Positions 1 to 12,918 of a DNA stretch of 64,000 bases are shown piece after piece. The stretch is taken from NCBI GenBank assembly GCA_951406725.2, contig OX597825.1:44144001-44208000 (forward strand). The letters are read 5' to 3'. The stretch comes from Octopus vulgaris. Lineage: Eukaryota. The notes under the pieces are model-generated. The model did not search any database. It saw nothing but the letters and a program-made list of their open reading frames with translations, and was not told the origin of the DNA. Both the position numbers and the translations under genes were made by a program. Every line of letters starts with the position of its first letter. Position 1 is the stretch's first letter.

Positions 1-199
1 ACTGTCCGAACCTCGGAACAGGACATTCGATACAAGCCGTATGTACTGAGGAGAAGCCAGTTTATGTCCACAAAACCACAGGAAAATAGTTTGATCCGTC
101 CCAAACGGTAACTAAACAAGGTTAGATATCACCACGAATACGATATACTTTGGTTCTTTCTATTGAGAAAATCATCGACGAAAAATAAAAGTGTCACAA

Positions 200-445
200 C
201 AGCAATGACCGATGGTTATGTACAATCTTTCCGATTATGAAACATCAAACATCCAACATTAAATATCAACATTTGGACCATTATTGAGAAGCAAATCAAC
301 ACCCTGACAATATCATAGCTTCACTGAAGGGTGCCATTGTCCAGATGAAATTAAAAAATAAATAAGAACTATTTATTGCAAGCATATTAACGATTCCGAT
401 CCTGCATAAAGCAGTCATCGAAGCTGAAGACAGATTCATAGGGAG
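200..445 (+). mobile_element. Degenerate Tc1/mariner-superfamily (maT/DD37D-like) transposase C-terminal remnant
   Basis: Frameshifted translation IWTIIEKQIN..ASLKGAIVQ..KNYLLQAY*RFRSCI-KAVIEAEDRFI resembles the C-terminus of the element at 36500-37351. Confidence 0.45.
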
Positions 446-829
446 GAAAAAATAAAAAAAAGATTAAGAAAGCTTAGCTAGAGCATGTGCACAAATTAGA
501 GTTGTATCATTAAATTACCAAATATGTCCTTAAATACAACACGCGCACACGCACACACACTTTTCTGTTACTCAGAGTTTTACGTTCCCGTATTTTCGGA
601 CAGCTGTGATCAGTACAGGAATAAAATTGTAATGGTACATGTAATATATGGCTTGAAATAATCCAATTTGACGAATAAACATTTGAATTTGACTGGCTGA
701 CTTATTTTGAAAATAATAACGGTTCAGCTAGTCGGGATTATAAATTGAACAATAAAATATGAATATATCATATTATATAATATCGAAGAACCTTGAGTGA
801 AGAAGGGAGCAATACCTGTCCAGATGAGA

Positions 830-1555
830 TTTGTAACGGTTAAGATTGATTAGTAAACAATAGTATGAAATGCCGGAGTCAGCAGTTTTAACGATAGAAA
901 TTTGTTGTTATAATCGCATACTGTAGGATGTGAAAGATGAACAATGCATGAAGTTTTAATGAAATATTTATTTACCGTTACGTTACAATATCTTGCCTCG
1001 ACGAGCAGGTTATGATAAATCCAAAAGCATGCGAAATAAAGTTAGATGCAGTAGAACGTTTCTTTACACAGTTTGCATATACAAATAGTTAGTAGTAAAC
1101 CAGAGATAGCGATAGAATGATGTTGTAAGAGAACAGAATTAGAGCTAGAGAAAATTGTAGGGTGTTGGACGTTGTCTCACAGTTGCTGACAGTAAACTTC
1201 ATTTCTTCCTCTGACCAATGTTCTAGCTGATCAGCCAGACTTTGTTGAGTCGTCACCCTGTGACTGGACTCGTTGAGTCGTTACCGACTATACTAACTGA
1301 TTTTTGCTTGGGGTGTGCTTGTTTATATAACTATCTAGAAGGATAGATATATTATTGAGAACAATAGATTTAGTTGGTGGTCTTATTATCTCTATCTTTT
1401 GGTGAAGTAAAAGAAGTTAGAAAGGGTCAATCGGTGAAGACATTATTTCGGCCTAGCTAAAGACATCTGGAAAATGTGTAGGGGGATTTGGAGAAAATGT
1501 TAGCCCAATATAAAGTAGGTCATGTAATTATTAGAGGGGAGAGTCAGTATTCAAA
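830..1555 (-). mobile_element. Possible degenerate solo LTR (ends uncertain)
   Basis: Minus-strand TATATAAA (1322-1329) and AATAAA (about 967-972), plus an internal GTTGAGTCGT repeat. Layout resembles the LTR at 30041-31090, but no TG..CA ends or TSD were found. Confidence 0.25.
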
Positions 1556-2357
1556 ACACACACAGGATGCACACATTTACGTATAAACACACACACACAG
1601 ACTTGCACACACTCACATATTCATCTCGGACGAATCCCAACGCTGGAACATAAGTTCAAAAGTAATGGAAGTTGAGCGACATGTCACTGAAGAGATTGCA
1701 AAAATGCGATGAAATAATTATTTGAAAAAAAAACACACATACACACAAAAAAACAAAGAAATAATAACACACGAAAAATGCTGAACAATAACAATAAGGG
1801 ACCGAACCAGTGCATCTGTTTATTATTACCGGCATAATACCCCTCCCAAGGTTCAATATATATATATGTATATATATATGTTAGTACATACATACACGCA
1901 TATACACATATGCTTATGTATGTATATCGGCATGTGTATATGCATGTATGAATGTATGTATAATGTATGTATACACACGCATACAGAGATAATGGGAACG
2001 TCTTATATCCAGTCATAAGAGTATATTAATAATGAATAAGACGTGATACGTTTATGTTTCTTCAAAAGTTTTATACTTTATGAAATAGCATGCAGACCTT
2101 ATATAAGCTTAACTGAGTTGAAAAAAGAGAAAGAATTAATATATTATCACAAAAGAGCTAATAATCTAATAAAAAGAAAAATGTAAGTCAGTAGTTAATG
2201 TTAAAACATTCAATAGGTAGAAGAAACTCTTCTAAGTTAGAAGATACCAAAATATAATGAAACAAACTGCATTAAAATAATAAAGTTAGCCAAGAATATA
2301 TATAATTTAATTTATAATGAATAACATAATATATAAATACACACACACACACACAAT

Positions 2358-4215
2358 ATTTTCTCACTCGCGACCACTTCTAGGCTTTGTCATTAACTCA
2401 GTTTTTAACCAAATGATATAATGTTTACATTTTTAGGTTGCTCACATCCTAAGCTACATTTTCAACTAAAAAAATTTTCAGTAAAATATGAGGTCAAAAA
2501 TGGGACTTTGAGTTCAATTTTTTTTAGAGAAATCTATATTTTATTTTAGCTTATATAATAGATCTCGGTGAGAGGAATCTATCCATGTTACTTATATGCA
2601 AAAATCTTCAGTGGAAAAAAAGTACTGAAGTAAAAACCGGTGGAAAAAAAAAACGAGATTAACGCCTGAAATCGACTTTGACTTCAAATATTAATCGTAT
2701 TTTAAAAGAAAACTATATTTAAATTCAATTTTTCTGATAGATCTCCACTAGAAAAATCCGATGGTGCCAATTACATCAAAGAAATTTTAAAATAAAAAAA
2801 ACTACTGGGGCTGAATGTGCCGAAAACAGTGGTAACGCCTAAAATCAAATTCAAAACCTAAAACATTTTTTCCCTCATATGATAGAACTCATCAAGACGA
2901 ATGTCGTGGAGCTAATCTTTTCAAAAGATATCATTCACACATGGTAATATGTGAATAATATTCTTAAGATCAACATTTACTCACTCACGTCCACTTCTAA
3001 GCTTTGTCTCTAACTCAGTTTTTAACCAAATTAGCTGATGTTTATATTTTTAGATTGGTCACACGACATAAGCTACATTTCCAGCTAAGAAATTTGCAAA
3101 ATGGTTCATTAGAAAAAACGTTTGAGTCAAATATGTGAGGTCACAAACAGGAGAATAACGCCTGAAATCGACATGGAATCCAATTTTTTAAAAAGTAAAT
3201 CTATATTTTATTTTAGCTTATATGATAGATCTCGACGACAGGAATCTATCCATGTTAGTTATATGCAAAAATATTCAGTAGAAAAAAAAGAACTGAGGTA
3301 AAAATCGTCGATAAAAAAAAAAAGGAGATTAACGTCTGAAATCAACTTTGACTCCAAATATTCTTCTTTCAAAAGAAAACTATATTTCAATTTAACTTTT
3401 CTGATAGATCTCTACAAGAATTCCATGATGCTAATTATTTAAAAAAATATTTTTAAACTACTGGGGCTAAATGTGCCGAAAACAGTGGTAACCCCTAAAA
3501 GCAAATTTAAAACATTTTACTTTTGAGTAAAAATTTTGTTTTTGTTTAGCTCATATGATAGAACACATCAAGACGAGTGCCGAGGTGCTAATCTTTTGAA
3601 AAAATATTCAGAATGAAAAAAATTATTATTTAAGCTAAATGTGCCAAAAGTATGTAAAAGAATTTTCAAGTAATATTATTACTTCTTACAGTACTAAGAC
3701 GACGACCTGGCAGAGTCGTTGACACGCAGGGTGAAAGCTTCGTGACATTTCGTCTGTTTCTAAATTATGGGTTCAAATTCCGCCAAGGTCGTCTTTGCAT
3801 TTTATCTTTTCGGCGCTCGATAAAATGAGCATCAGCTGAGCACTGACGTCAATGTAATCAACTTTCCTTCCCTCCGAATTTGACTTCCTTCTGCCAAAAT
3901 TGGAAGCCAGTATTGCAAAATGTTTGAGTCAATTTAGGTATCTTGCAAAGATCTGCCTCATATAGAATACACTATATTGTTATTAATATCATCCACACAC
4001 TGCCGTGTGTGAATAATATTCTTAAAGTCAACATTTACTCACTCGCGACTACTAGGTTTTGTCACTAATTCAGTTTTTCTTACCAAATTTGATGATGTTT
4101 ATACATTTTTAGATTGGTCAGCCACAAAATTTGAAATTTGGTTCAGTAGAAAAAAAGTTGAGATTTCAAATATGTGCGGTCAAAAAGGGAAGAATAACTC
4201 CTGAAATCGACTTCA
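2358..4215. repeat. Three related copies of an element with 145-180-bp internal subunits (pearl/HINE-like)
   Basis: CTCACTCGCGACCACTTCTAGGCTTTGTC-like starts at about 2363, 2980 and 4037. GATAGA(T/A)CTC and AACGCCTGAAATCGAC motifs recur. Hairpin CACACAC-TGCC-GTGTGTG at about 3994-4011. Confidence 0.6.
3700..3914 (+). mobile_element. tRNA-derived SINE (family A), degenerate
   Basis: A-box-like TGGCAGAGTCGTT, B box GGTTCAAATTCC, core GTCGTCTTTGCATTTTATCTTTTCGG; homologous to 52590-52950 and 63385-63964. Confidence 0.75.
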
Positions 4216-4439
4216 CAGATATACACGCGACGCTGCATACATACTTTCGTAAATACACACACACATACAACATGCACATACACAAAAGTAACTTTTAAAT
4301 CACCCATGAAGGGAAACAAAGGTGAGTGTGACGAATACGTGGCTTAAAGGAGAGAGGGAGTATCTTGACAACAATTGATGACAAGTGGACTCTTTTCTGG
4401 TGTCCATCGTAAATAAACACTCACACACAGACACACGCA

Positions 4440-4453
4440 CATACATACATATG

Positions 4454-4491
<38 letters not shown>

Positions 4492-4509
4492 CATACATAC
4501 ATACATACA

Positions 4510-4543
<34 letters not shown>

Positions 4544-4558
4544 CATACATACATACAT
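4440..4558. repeat. (TAGA)n(TACA)n microsatellite; the TACA part is probably the 3' tail of the adjacent RTE
   Basis: Read directly; abuts the 3' end of the minus-strand RTE. Confidence 0.9.
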
Positions 4559-7500
4559 GGTGGCTGTCTACTCTTTACGCAGAGTTCGACCATCTCCTGT
4601 ATCTACACCTTAGAACCATCATGGCAGCTGATGTGACTTTTTAAACCAGACAATGTTTTGAAAAGACACCCACATAGATTGCATATCTGATTTGGACCAC
4701 CAAGAGCTGCAGATAAGTTCTGATCTTTGTGGATCTTAAAATGTCTTTTGAGGCCTCCGTTAGATTTGCAAACCTTCTGGCATACATTGCACTGAAAGGT
4801 GTGCACAGACATAAAGGCAGAATAGTTAGTGGAGATTCGTTTTCCATAGGTTCGCAAATGAGATTTGAGCCCAGCAAAGGAAAGGCATGGTATGTTATAA
4901 ACTGTATCCACAAAAAGTCATTGTGATTTACCTTTTTGATCGTAACATTCTTCCTTAAATCTCTCTTGAGTCTTGCATGCGTTATCATGGCCTCTTCAAA
5001 CGCTTTCACCCCACTCCACATTCTGTTCACCATCCAGATCGATTCGAATCAAGGGTTTCTATTTCCTCTGGATCCATTCTAATGACATCATAGTAGTCCT
5101 TATGTCGTCCTTAAGACTTTTTTTAGATTTACACCAATAGCATTTCCCCTCTGCAAGCTCACTATAAAACATTTGTTTGGGCATGCGTTCATCTGCCATT
5201 CGAACAATACGGCCACATCTCATTTGGTTTCTCAAAATCATAGCTTTAATTGAGGCGATGCCTGCAGATGCAAAGATATCTGTGATTGGAGTAAAAGAAC
5301 TCCATTTAATGTTTAAAATGCGATGAAGCCATTTTTGGTGGAATTGTTCTAATAATTTAAAATGTCTTTCATAACAAGTCCATGTTTCACAAGAATACAA
5401 CAGGGATGGTAAGACAAATGATTTGTAAAGAGCCAGCTTTGTATTCTTATTTATATGTCGCTGGGACCAAACGTGTGGCTCCAAGCCACCAAATGCTTGT
5501 GCTATCCTTAGAATTCACGGATGTATTTCTGTATCCAGATTTCCATCATTTTGTACAGAGCTTCCAAGGTAGATGAACAAATCAACAACTTCAAGTAACT
5601 TAGCCTTAACAAAAATTTTAGGCGGGTTACAGACAGCACCACACACAGATTGATGCATTACAACTGTTTTTTTCAAGTTGATGGTCCAGCCCAAAACATG
5701 ACAACTGAGTCAAATGCAGATACAAGAAATTACAGACCTGTTTCAGAATGACTAACAAGATCGCAATCATCAGCGTATAAAAGTTCCTTAAAGAGTGAAG
5801 TAAAAAACTTCGTTTAGAATATCAGCCTGGTCAGATTAAAAACATTCCCTGTTGTTCGACATTTTATGTAAATACCCTCCTCAGAGTTTTGAAAAGCGTG
5901 TAACAACACAACAGCAACGTATATTGCGAAGAGGGTGAGTACATCAAGGTCTCCTTGCTTTACTCCATTTTCCACGGCAAAAGATTCAGAGAGCCTACCT
6001 CCAAAACTAACTCTAGCTTTCATATCTTGATGCAAAGCCCTGATCATATTTACAAATTTTCTGGGCAATTTATTTTCCTTAGAATTAGCCACAGAGCATT
6101 TCGATTAACAGTACCGAATGCTTTGCTCAAATCAACGAAGCGATGGTATAGTGCAAGATTCTGTTCAATGCACTTTTCTTGCAATTGTCTAATAGTAAAG
6201 ATACAATCAACTGTGCCCACACCAGTGGAGCGAAAACCACACCATATTTGGAACTATAAAGGTATTTAAACGTTCTAACAAAATGAGGGCAAGTACCTTT
6301 CCAACTATAGACAAAAGCGAAATCCCACGAAAATTACCACACAGATCTTTTTGGCCCCGATTTATACAAGGTGTCTAAAATGGCATCAATCTAATCTTGA
6401 GGCACTTTCTCAATTCTCGAACAGTGACAAATTAATATATTTAAGACTTCAGACATTTTGTCACCCCCATATTTCAAGACTTCTGCACAGATTCCACTAG
6501 ACCCTGGAGACATTGTTATTCTGCTAAATAAATGCTAAATAAATGCCATTTAGAGTTGGTTGAAATGCCATCTCTTCTATAACTGGAAGGTGTTCCATTT
6601 TTTCTATCATCCTCATGTCAGACGATGATAGTCTATTCAAAAGTGCAGAGAAATGTTCTACCCAGCGCTTATGAATGGAAGCGGTGTCAGTCAGATGAAA
6701 ACGTCCATTTGCTGTTCTCACTGGAGCTACTGAAGAAGATTTTCGGCCATATACCTCCTTAACATAAAAGTAAAAACCCTTGGCATCATTTCTATCAGCT
6801 ACTTCTTGTGCCCATTTTGCTTTATCATTTCACCATTCCTGTTTAATCTTCCTTAGTGCAGTCTGCACTTTCCTTTTCAGCTTTCTGTAAGCTTCGTTTG
6901 AGTTGGGGGTCAAGGACTGAGAAAGAAGTGTATAGCCTGAGTTTTGTTTTTCTAAATGTAGATTATGAATTTCTGCTGATCTATCCGAGAACCAGTCACT
7001 GGACTTTCGTGATTTAAATCCCACTGACGAACTTGCAACCTCTAATACTTTTGTCTTGAAATCTTCCCATAGATTCTTTGGGTCAAGATTGATACTTTTA
7101 GGCCATCATGGAATCTTGCAAGTTACTTGTTAATTTAAAATTTGCAACATTTAAACTTTTTGGTTACCTTAGGACCAGACTGTCGATTTCTAGGCATTAT
7201 CGAAAAATTTAGTTTTCCACGCACTAGGCGATGGTCAGTCTAGCTCTCTGCTCCTTTCATGGCCCGAACGCTAGAAACATCTTTCTTGTCACGTTTTCTG
7301 ATCAAAATATAATCTATGAGATGCCAGTGCTTAGATCTTGGGTGCATCAGGTGGTTTTATATTCATTTTCTGCTTAAATAGAGTGTTGGTAACAACCAGA
7401 TTATTATCAGTACTAAACGTCAAAAGAGCAACTCCATTTTTATTACAGGCCTTAAAACTTAGTCATTTCCAACTCTTGCGTTGAAATCTCGCAATACGAC

Positions 7501-8420
7501 CAGCTTGTCAGAAATTGTGCTAGATAGTCATAAAACTATCCTACAGTTTCATCAGAATGAAACATTGTTGGTGCATAAAAGAAACCTACCTTTTGTCAGT
7601 TTTATACGGCATGACATACTTCGTTCAGATAAACTGACATACTTCGCTCAGATAAACTGCAATGGAGGATACGAATGAATTCTTGAGAGCAAACCGAATA
7701 CCAGATTCTCTACGCTGACCTTCCGGTAGGCCACTCCAAAAGATAGCATGTTTATAAGTAGGTTCGTTAATTTGACCTTCAGCAGAGAGATGAGTTTCAG
7801 AGAGCACAACTGTATTAAGGGAATATTTCTTAAGCTCACATGCAATACGTGCAGTACGCCTTTTCTGGCCTTTTGTTGAAATTATCATCAAGAAATGTGC
7901 GCACATTCCAATAGCCAAAATTCAAAGGATGTTTATTTTTACTTTTTCTTGAAGATTGTTTGACCACAGTGGCAGGATGACGACCAGGTCCAGCCTGTGA
8001 TACACTGGGACACCTGCCGAGCCAAACCGGTTCCCTGACGTTCCCAAGCCTTTTTTGCCATTTACTGAATCTGTTTGAGACATTTTAGAGTAAGTTACAA
8101 GTGCATTTTTAGGTTTCTGCCAACCAACCAATTCAATGATTTTATTAAGATTTGATGTACAGGAAGCACCTGTGCAGATGAAGAATTTTCAGTGCCCAAG
8201 ATGACTTTCGCCGGTGTGGCATGAAAATTGATAAAACCAGGAACTTCTAAGGCCTCAGGTTTTATTTCGGAGATTCTTTTCTTCTAGGTTGATTACCAAC
8301 CAAGGTTAAAGGGCTTCTACCTGCCCATGAGGTAAGCTATCCCATTCCAGACACCAAACTGACACTCAAACACCCTATAAAGTAACTAAATATTATTCCG
8401 GTGTCCAACGAGGAGTAGCT
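4559..8420 (-). mobile_element. Near full-length degenerate RTE-clade (BovB-like) LINE: APE endonuclease, RT and three C2H2 zinc fingers
   Basis: APE motifs RRTARIACELKKY..VLSETH..FWSG..RESGIRFA (7625-7918); RT motifs FVNMIRALH..NGVKQG (5814-6092) and LYADD (about 5768-5782); RMADERMPKQMFYSEL (5059-5484); C2H2 fingers (4603-4911). Many stops and frameshifts. Confidence 0.92.
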
Positions 8421-8591
8421 CATTCATACATAAAAAAGTATGAGATGTGATTTGCAAATGTAAATAAGAATTAAATATGAATTATATATATAAATATAAA
8501 AAAACGAAAACACAAGCAATTTAAAAATATAAACAAAGTAAGATTTAAATATAAATAATATATATATAAAAGTAAAAACACACACACACAC

Positions 8592-8654
<63 letters not shown>

Positions 8655-8689
8655 AGAATAAAAAAAATATATACATATTTATAGATATT

Positions 8690-8916
8690 ATGTTGGGTGG
8701 CCGTTGACTGCTCATGAGTTTCTCCACTCTTTGTTGGGTTTTATTTTTCATCCCGCCGGGTGTCCAACAAATACCCTCTTCACCAAGCAAGCCTGGTGGG
8801 GGTTGCCAGTATAATAGCCGACGACCCGATCAAGCAATAGGTTTTACTGGATTACATGTTATCAGTATCACTCAAGAGCGACCTAACATACATACATACA
8901 TACATACATACATACA

Positions 8917-8945
<29 letters not shown>
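8690..8945 (+). mobile_element. 5'-truncated retroelement 3' end with (ACAT)n tail
   Basis: Unique about 200-bp segment with a CACCAAGC..CCTGGTG stem-loop, followed directly by (ACAT)n; family not recognised. Confidence 0.4.
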
Positions 8946-8947
<2 letters not shown>

Positions 8948-9852
8948 TGTAGAAAAATGCTACTGAAGTTTAATCATTTTCACCAAATCAGAAAACAAGA
9001 TTTAGAAGCTGGCATTTCCTGCATAATAGTTGTCTATCACAAAATGAAAGCAAAATCATTATACGAGGAGAAATTTTTATTAATCAAACAAAAGTAAAGC
9101 AGTACGACGACCAAAGTTGTAAGAACTTCTGAAGTTTTAATAAGTTTTTTTTGCTTGCTTTTAAACTTTGATTCAATATTAAGAGTAGCAAAATTTAGAT
9201 AATTATTTCTTAGGGTAGATTGACAAGGTTTTTGCTTTCAGAGAGTATGATTGGATTTTCAGAGTAGCAGGACTCATATTTTTTATTTTCAGGCAAGTTG
9301 ACAAGAACAATAACTGAATTGCAGGCCATATTTTTATTTTGCATGAATTTCGACTAACAAACTAACTTTTCCCTAACAAGGTCAGGTGGCTCCTCCTTTC
9401 TTACGGTGGCTGCATTAGCTATTTTTGCATTAAAAAAAAATTATACTATTCATATTATCAGATTCTCTTCTCACTATATAGTTGACATATTATCATACCT
9501 CTTCTTACTAGCTCCTCTTATCATATATATAGATATAGCTAAGTTATTTCTTGATTTTAGAATAAAATTAATATTACATTAATATTATATAGAAAATTAT
9601 TTTTCATAATGAATTTTCGCACTTTCTTTTGGGCGATTCGCATTATGCCCTTTGTTTCAAAATCAAAATTTTATATACAGTGAAGATACAGGATCTAATA
9701 TTTTTTACAATTATAATTACATTTCTCATTATCCTAAAAAATTATTAATTTTAAAGAAAATAAATATACAGGCAGGTTTCATTTACTTCAAATATTTTTT
9801 TAACAAAAAGATATTTATTAATTTTATTGCAGTGCATGGAAAAAAAGTGGAT

Positions 9853-10997
9853 TACAATAAAAAATGTGGGCGCATGCATATTAATATTCTTAGGTTATTA
9901 CGTTTGGAAAAGTACAGAACAAGATTTCTACAGTAGAATTTGCCTAATTCGTCATCTCTAAAGGAAACTAAAAAGTACGTAAAATCAAATTTCTACTTAC
10001 TTAAAATATTGCAGCCGCGAATAATATTTTTTTAAATTAAAAGACATTATATCTGGTAAATTTGAAATAATTTATTTTTTTAATTATGAGAATCTAAAAA
10101 AACAAGTAAATTTTTAAAAACAAAAATAATCAAAAATGAATTTAAACAAAAAATGTTTTAAATCATGTCTTTTGAAATATACAACAGAAATAGTCATGTT
10201 GTGTAGTTGTATCAAGTTCATACAATAAAATATGAAGTTGCAAATAATATTGCACAAGATTTATTTTCCACTTGAATTGAAATTCCATTAGAAAAAAAAT
10301 TGATTGTAGTAGAATGGTCATTAAATGGTTTCAAATCAACCATATCCTCAGTTACTTCTTCTACATTAAAAAACTTAAATCTGACAAATAAAACATAAGT
10401 AAAATTTATTAGATAGCATTAATACGGTAGAATTAGCCTAATTCGTCTTTCGCTAATTCTTTAAGTCACCTAATTCATCTTTCGCTAATTCTTTAAGTCA
10501 CCTAATTCGTCTTTCGCTAATTCTTTAAGTCACCTAATTCGTCACTCTCGGTTTTCCATAAGGATGACTAATTAGGCGAATTCTACTGTATTTTTTAAAT
10601 TGATTTAATTTTATTTCATTTTTAAGATACTGTTTTTTCCCAAAATAAGCCCATGCGCTTCAATAACACACTTAGATATTTTTGCTTAAATAATTTTTTT
10701 ATGAAAATAATAAAAATTACTAGGGCTACACATGAAAAGAGTTTCTGAATATAATAAGCCCATAGGCTTAAAATCGGTTGTGCTCATTTTTGGAAAAACC
10801 CAGTAATGTTTTTATAATTTTTGTTTTAATAAAATATAGTGAATTTTAAAAATGTTATTCTCGGATGCAGTATTTTAAGTACAGTAGAATTTTAATTTCG
10901 AATTAGGCAACTTCTACTGTAGAAATCTTGTTCTGTACTTTTCCAGGGGTAGTAACTTAAGAAAATTAACATGCATGCGCCTGCATTTTTCATTGTA
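9853..10997. mobile_element. Foldback/MITE-like unit bounded by 150-180-bp inverted repeats
   Basis: 9853-10032 is the reverse complement of 10847-10997 (GCGCATGCA..GGAAAAGTACAGAACAAGATTTCTACAGTAGAA). The ORF track shows the same peptide EKYRTRFLQ on both strands. Confidence 0.7.
10425..10588. mobile_element. Small pogo/Tigger-type MITE with a 32-bp internal tandem repeat
   Basis: TA|CGGTAGAATTAGCCTAATT ... AATTAGGCGAATTCTACTG|TA; repeat CCTAATTCGTCTTTCGCTAATTCTTTAAGTCA at 10437, 10469 and 10501, partial at 10533. Confidence 0.75.
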
Positions 10998-10998
10998 G

Positions 10999-11034
<36 letters not shown>

Positions 11035-11063
11035 TTAGGGTGGAGCCTTTTTTCACGAGTTTT

Positions 11064-11695
11064 GATTTCGTGATGGGGGTAGCGTGGAAAAGTTGTGAAT
11101 TGACCATCAAAATAACTGGTATAAAATACTAGAACACTGCGAAAAATGTCTTCTATCTCCACAAATGCATAAAAAAAATGGAAGAGGGGAAAACAACAAA
11201 CAAACGCCTCTACTTATTTATTAGCTATAAAATACAGTTTTTCTTGCACCTTCCTCGGGTAGCTTTTAAATGACTGTAATGAAATTATTTTAAAATACGA
11301 CTTCAATATATGTTTTCTGTGACTTCCTCTTCTGCATCCACAAACGCCTCAAAATATGCTAAAATATCGTAAATATTGTAATTTATCAATTTTTCATGTA
11401 GATATGAATTACAGTACTCTCCGGTCTCTCCTTATGGAGGCAGAAGATGAAGTCACAGAAAAAATACGTTTAAGTAGTATTGTAGAGTAATTTCATTTCA
11501 GTCATTTAAAAGCTACCCGAAGATGTTATGAAAACTGTATTTTATAAGTAGTGGCGTTTTTTTTTTTTTTTTTTCACTTTTTCCGTTTTTGATGCATTTG
11601 TGGAGACAGAAGCTATTGTCGCAGAGTTATAAGATTTACACCAGTTATTTTGATGTCCATTCACAACTTTTCCGCAATACCTCCATCACGAAATC
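11064..11695. mobile_element. Long palindromic MITE/foldback element
   Basis: Arms 11064-11343 and 11432-11695 are diverged reverse complements (e.g. GGGTAGCTTTTAAATGACTG / CAGTCATTTAAAAGCTACCC), loop about 90 bp. Confidence 0.8.
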
Positions 11696-11759
11696 GTAAT
11701 ATACATATTTGTGTACTAAGGATGAATACAAAAAGTGAAGTTGTAGTAGCAGAAGTAAC

Positions 11760-12270
11760 GGTCTCAAATTGGGGCCCAATGCCAACAATTTTAGGGAGAA
11801 GTAGTTTGTCGATTATATCGACCCCAGTGCTCTATTAGTACTTTATTTCATCAAGCACGAAAGGTCGAAAGGCAAGTTGATATTGGCAGGATTTGTGCTT
11901 GTCCGATGCCCTAACGATTATGCCAGCTCGTTGCCTTAGATATAACGTTTCAAACCTTAACACAGGACCAGCAATTTTAAGAAGAATTTAGTTGATTACA
12001 TCTACTTCAATATTCAAATGGCATTTATTTTACAACCCCGAAAATATGAAAGGTAAAGTCGACACCAGAACGTAAAGAGTCGGAAGAAATGTCGCTAAGC
12101 ATTTCGTCGTCTATCGCACAAACGATTTTGCCATCTTGTCATCTTGATAGCAGGAATAACAGTTTAAAATTTACTCACAAGATTTAAAGCGGGAATTTTA
12201 GTCGCACTCAGAACATGATGAATCCGAAGAAATATTGCAAGACGTTCTCACTATTCTGCTGCCAGCTTAC
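11760..12270 (-). mobile_element. Three head-to-tail degenerate family-A SINE copies
   Basis: Reverse-complement SINE motifs (ATCGACCCCAG, TGAAAGG(C/T)AAAGTCGAC, TGCCAGCT) at about 11760-11937, 11948-12146 and 12160-12270. Confidence 0.65.
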
Positions 12271-12918
12271 ACTTTTATTTATAATATTCATAAAACCAAC
12301 CAGAAATACCCGTGGAAATTCACAGTAAATACGAAAATGTTTAGATGGTTGGAAGTTTATACAGGATCATGAAAATTAGCGTTTCTTTTGAAACTGTATG
12401 TCCTGTATTATTTTCAATAGGAAAAAATAGCCTTTCATTTCTTCTGGATAAGGTCGTAATTAAAGGAACATGACTCCCATTCTCTCAACAATTCAGGTGT
12501 TTGTCTATAAATCTAAAAGCTTCACAATGATTACAAAGAATATTCATGTCACCAATGTTGTAACTTTCAACCATCTGTTTACAGTTTTCTGACGTTTTCT
12601 CTCATTTTCATTTTCTGTTCTATCTTCAACACGTTCTCTTATCTGTTGTAAATACTAATTGTATTTTCTTTCATTCATATTTTCCATTCAATGTTGCTGC
12701 TTCCATGCTTGTTCCAATGATTCGACTCCCTGCTTCTCTTTACGTTGTTGGCTATACAGTTTCATTCTTTCTCTTGTTAGCTTAAATCGTCTGTCATCCA
12801 TATTTTATAGACATAAATTTTGAAGTGAACAGACGATAAATAATTGCACTTATGCGCATGTGTTAAGTGATGGATAACATGTAAAATTTAGTTCAACAAA
12901 AATATTACATATTTGTCT

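Noticed and set aside
4603-4911. Stand-alone host C2H2 zinc-finger gene
   Set aside because: It is collinear with the RTE ORF and followed by the element's tail; there are no TGEKP linkers.
8960-9430. Possible pogo/Tigger transposase remnant on the minus strand (LKAKTLSIY)
   Set aside because: Only one short motif; too degenerate to support by eye.
10437-10545. 32-bp repeats resembling a CRISPR array
   Set aside because: The repeats are contiguous with no unique spacers, there are no cas genes, and they lie inside a MITE in eukaryotic DNA.
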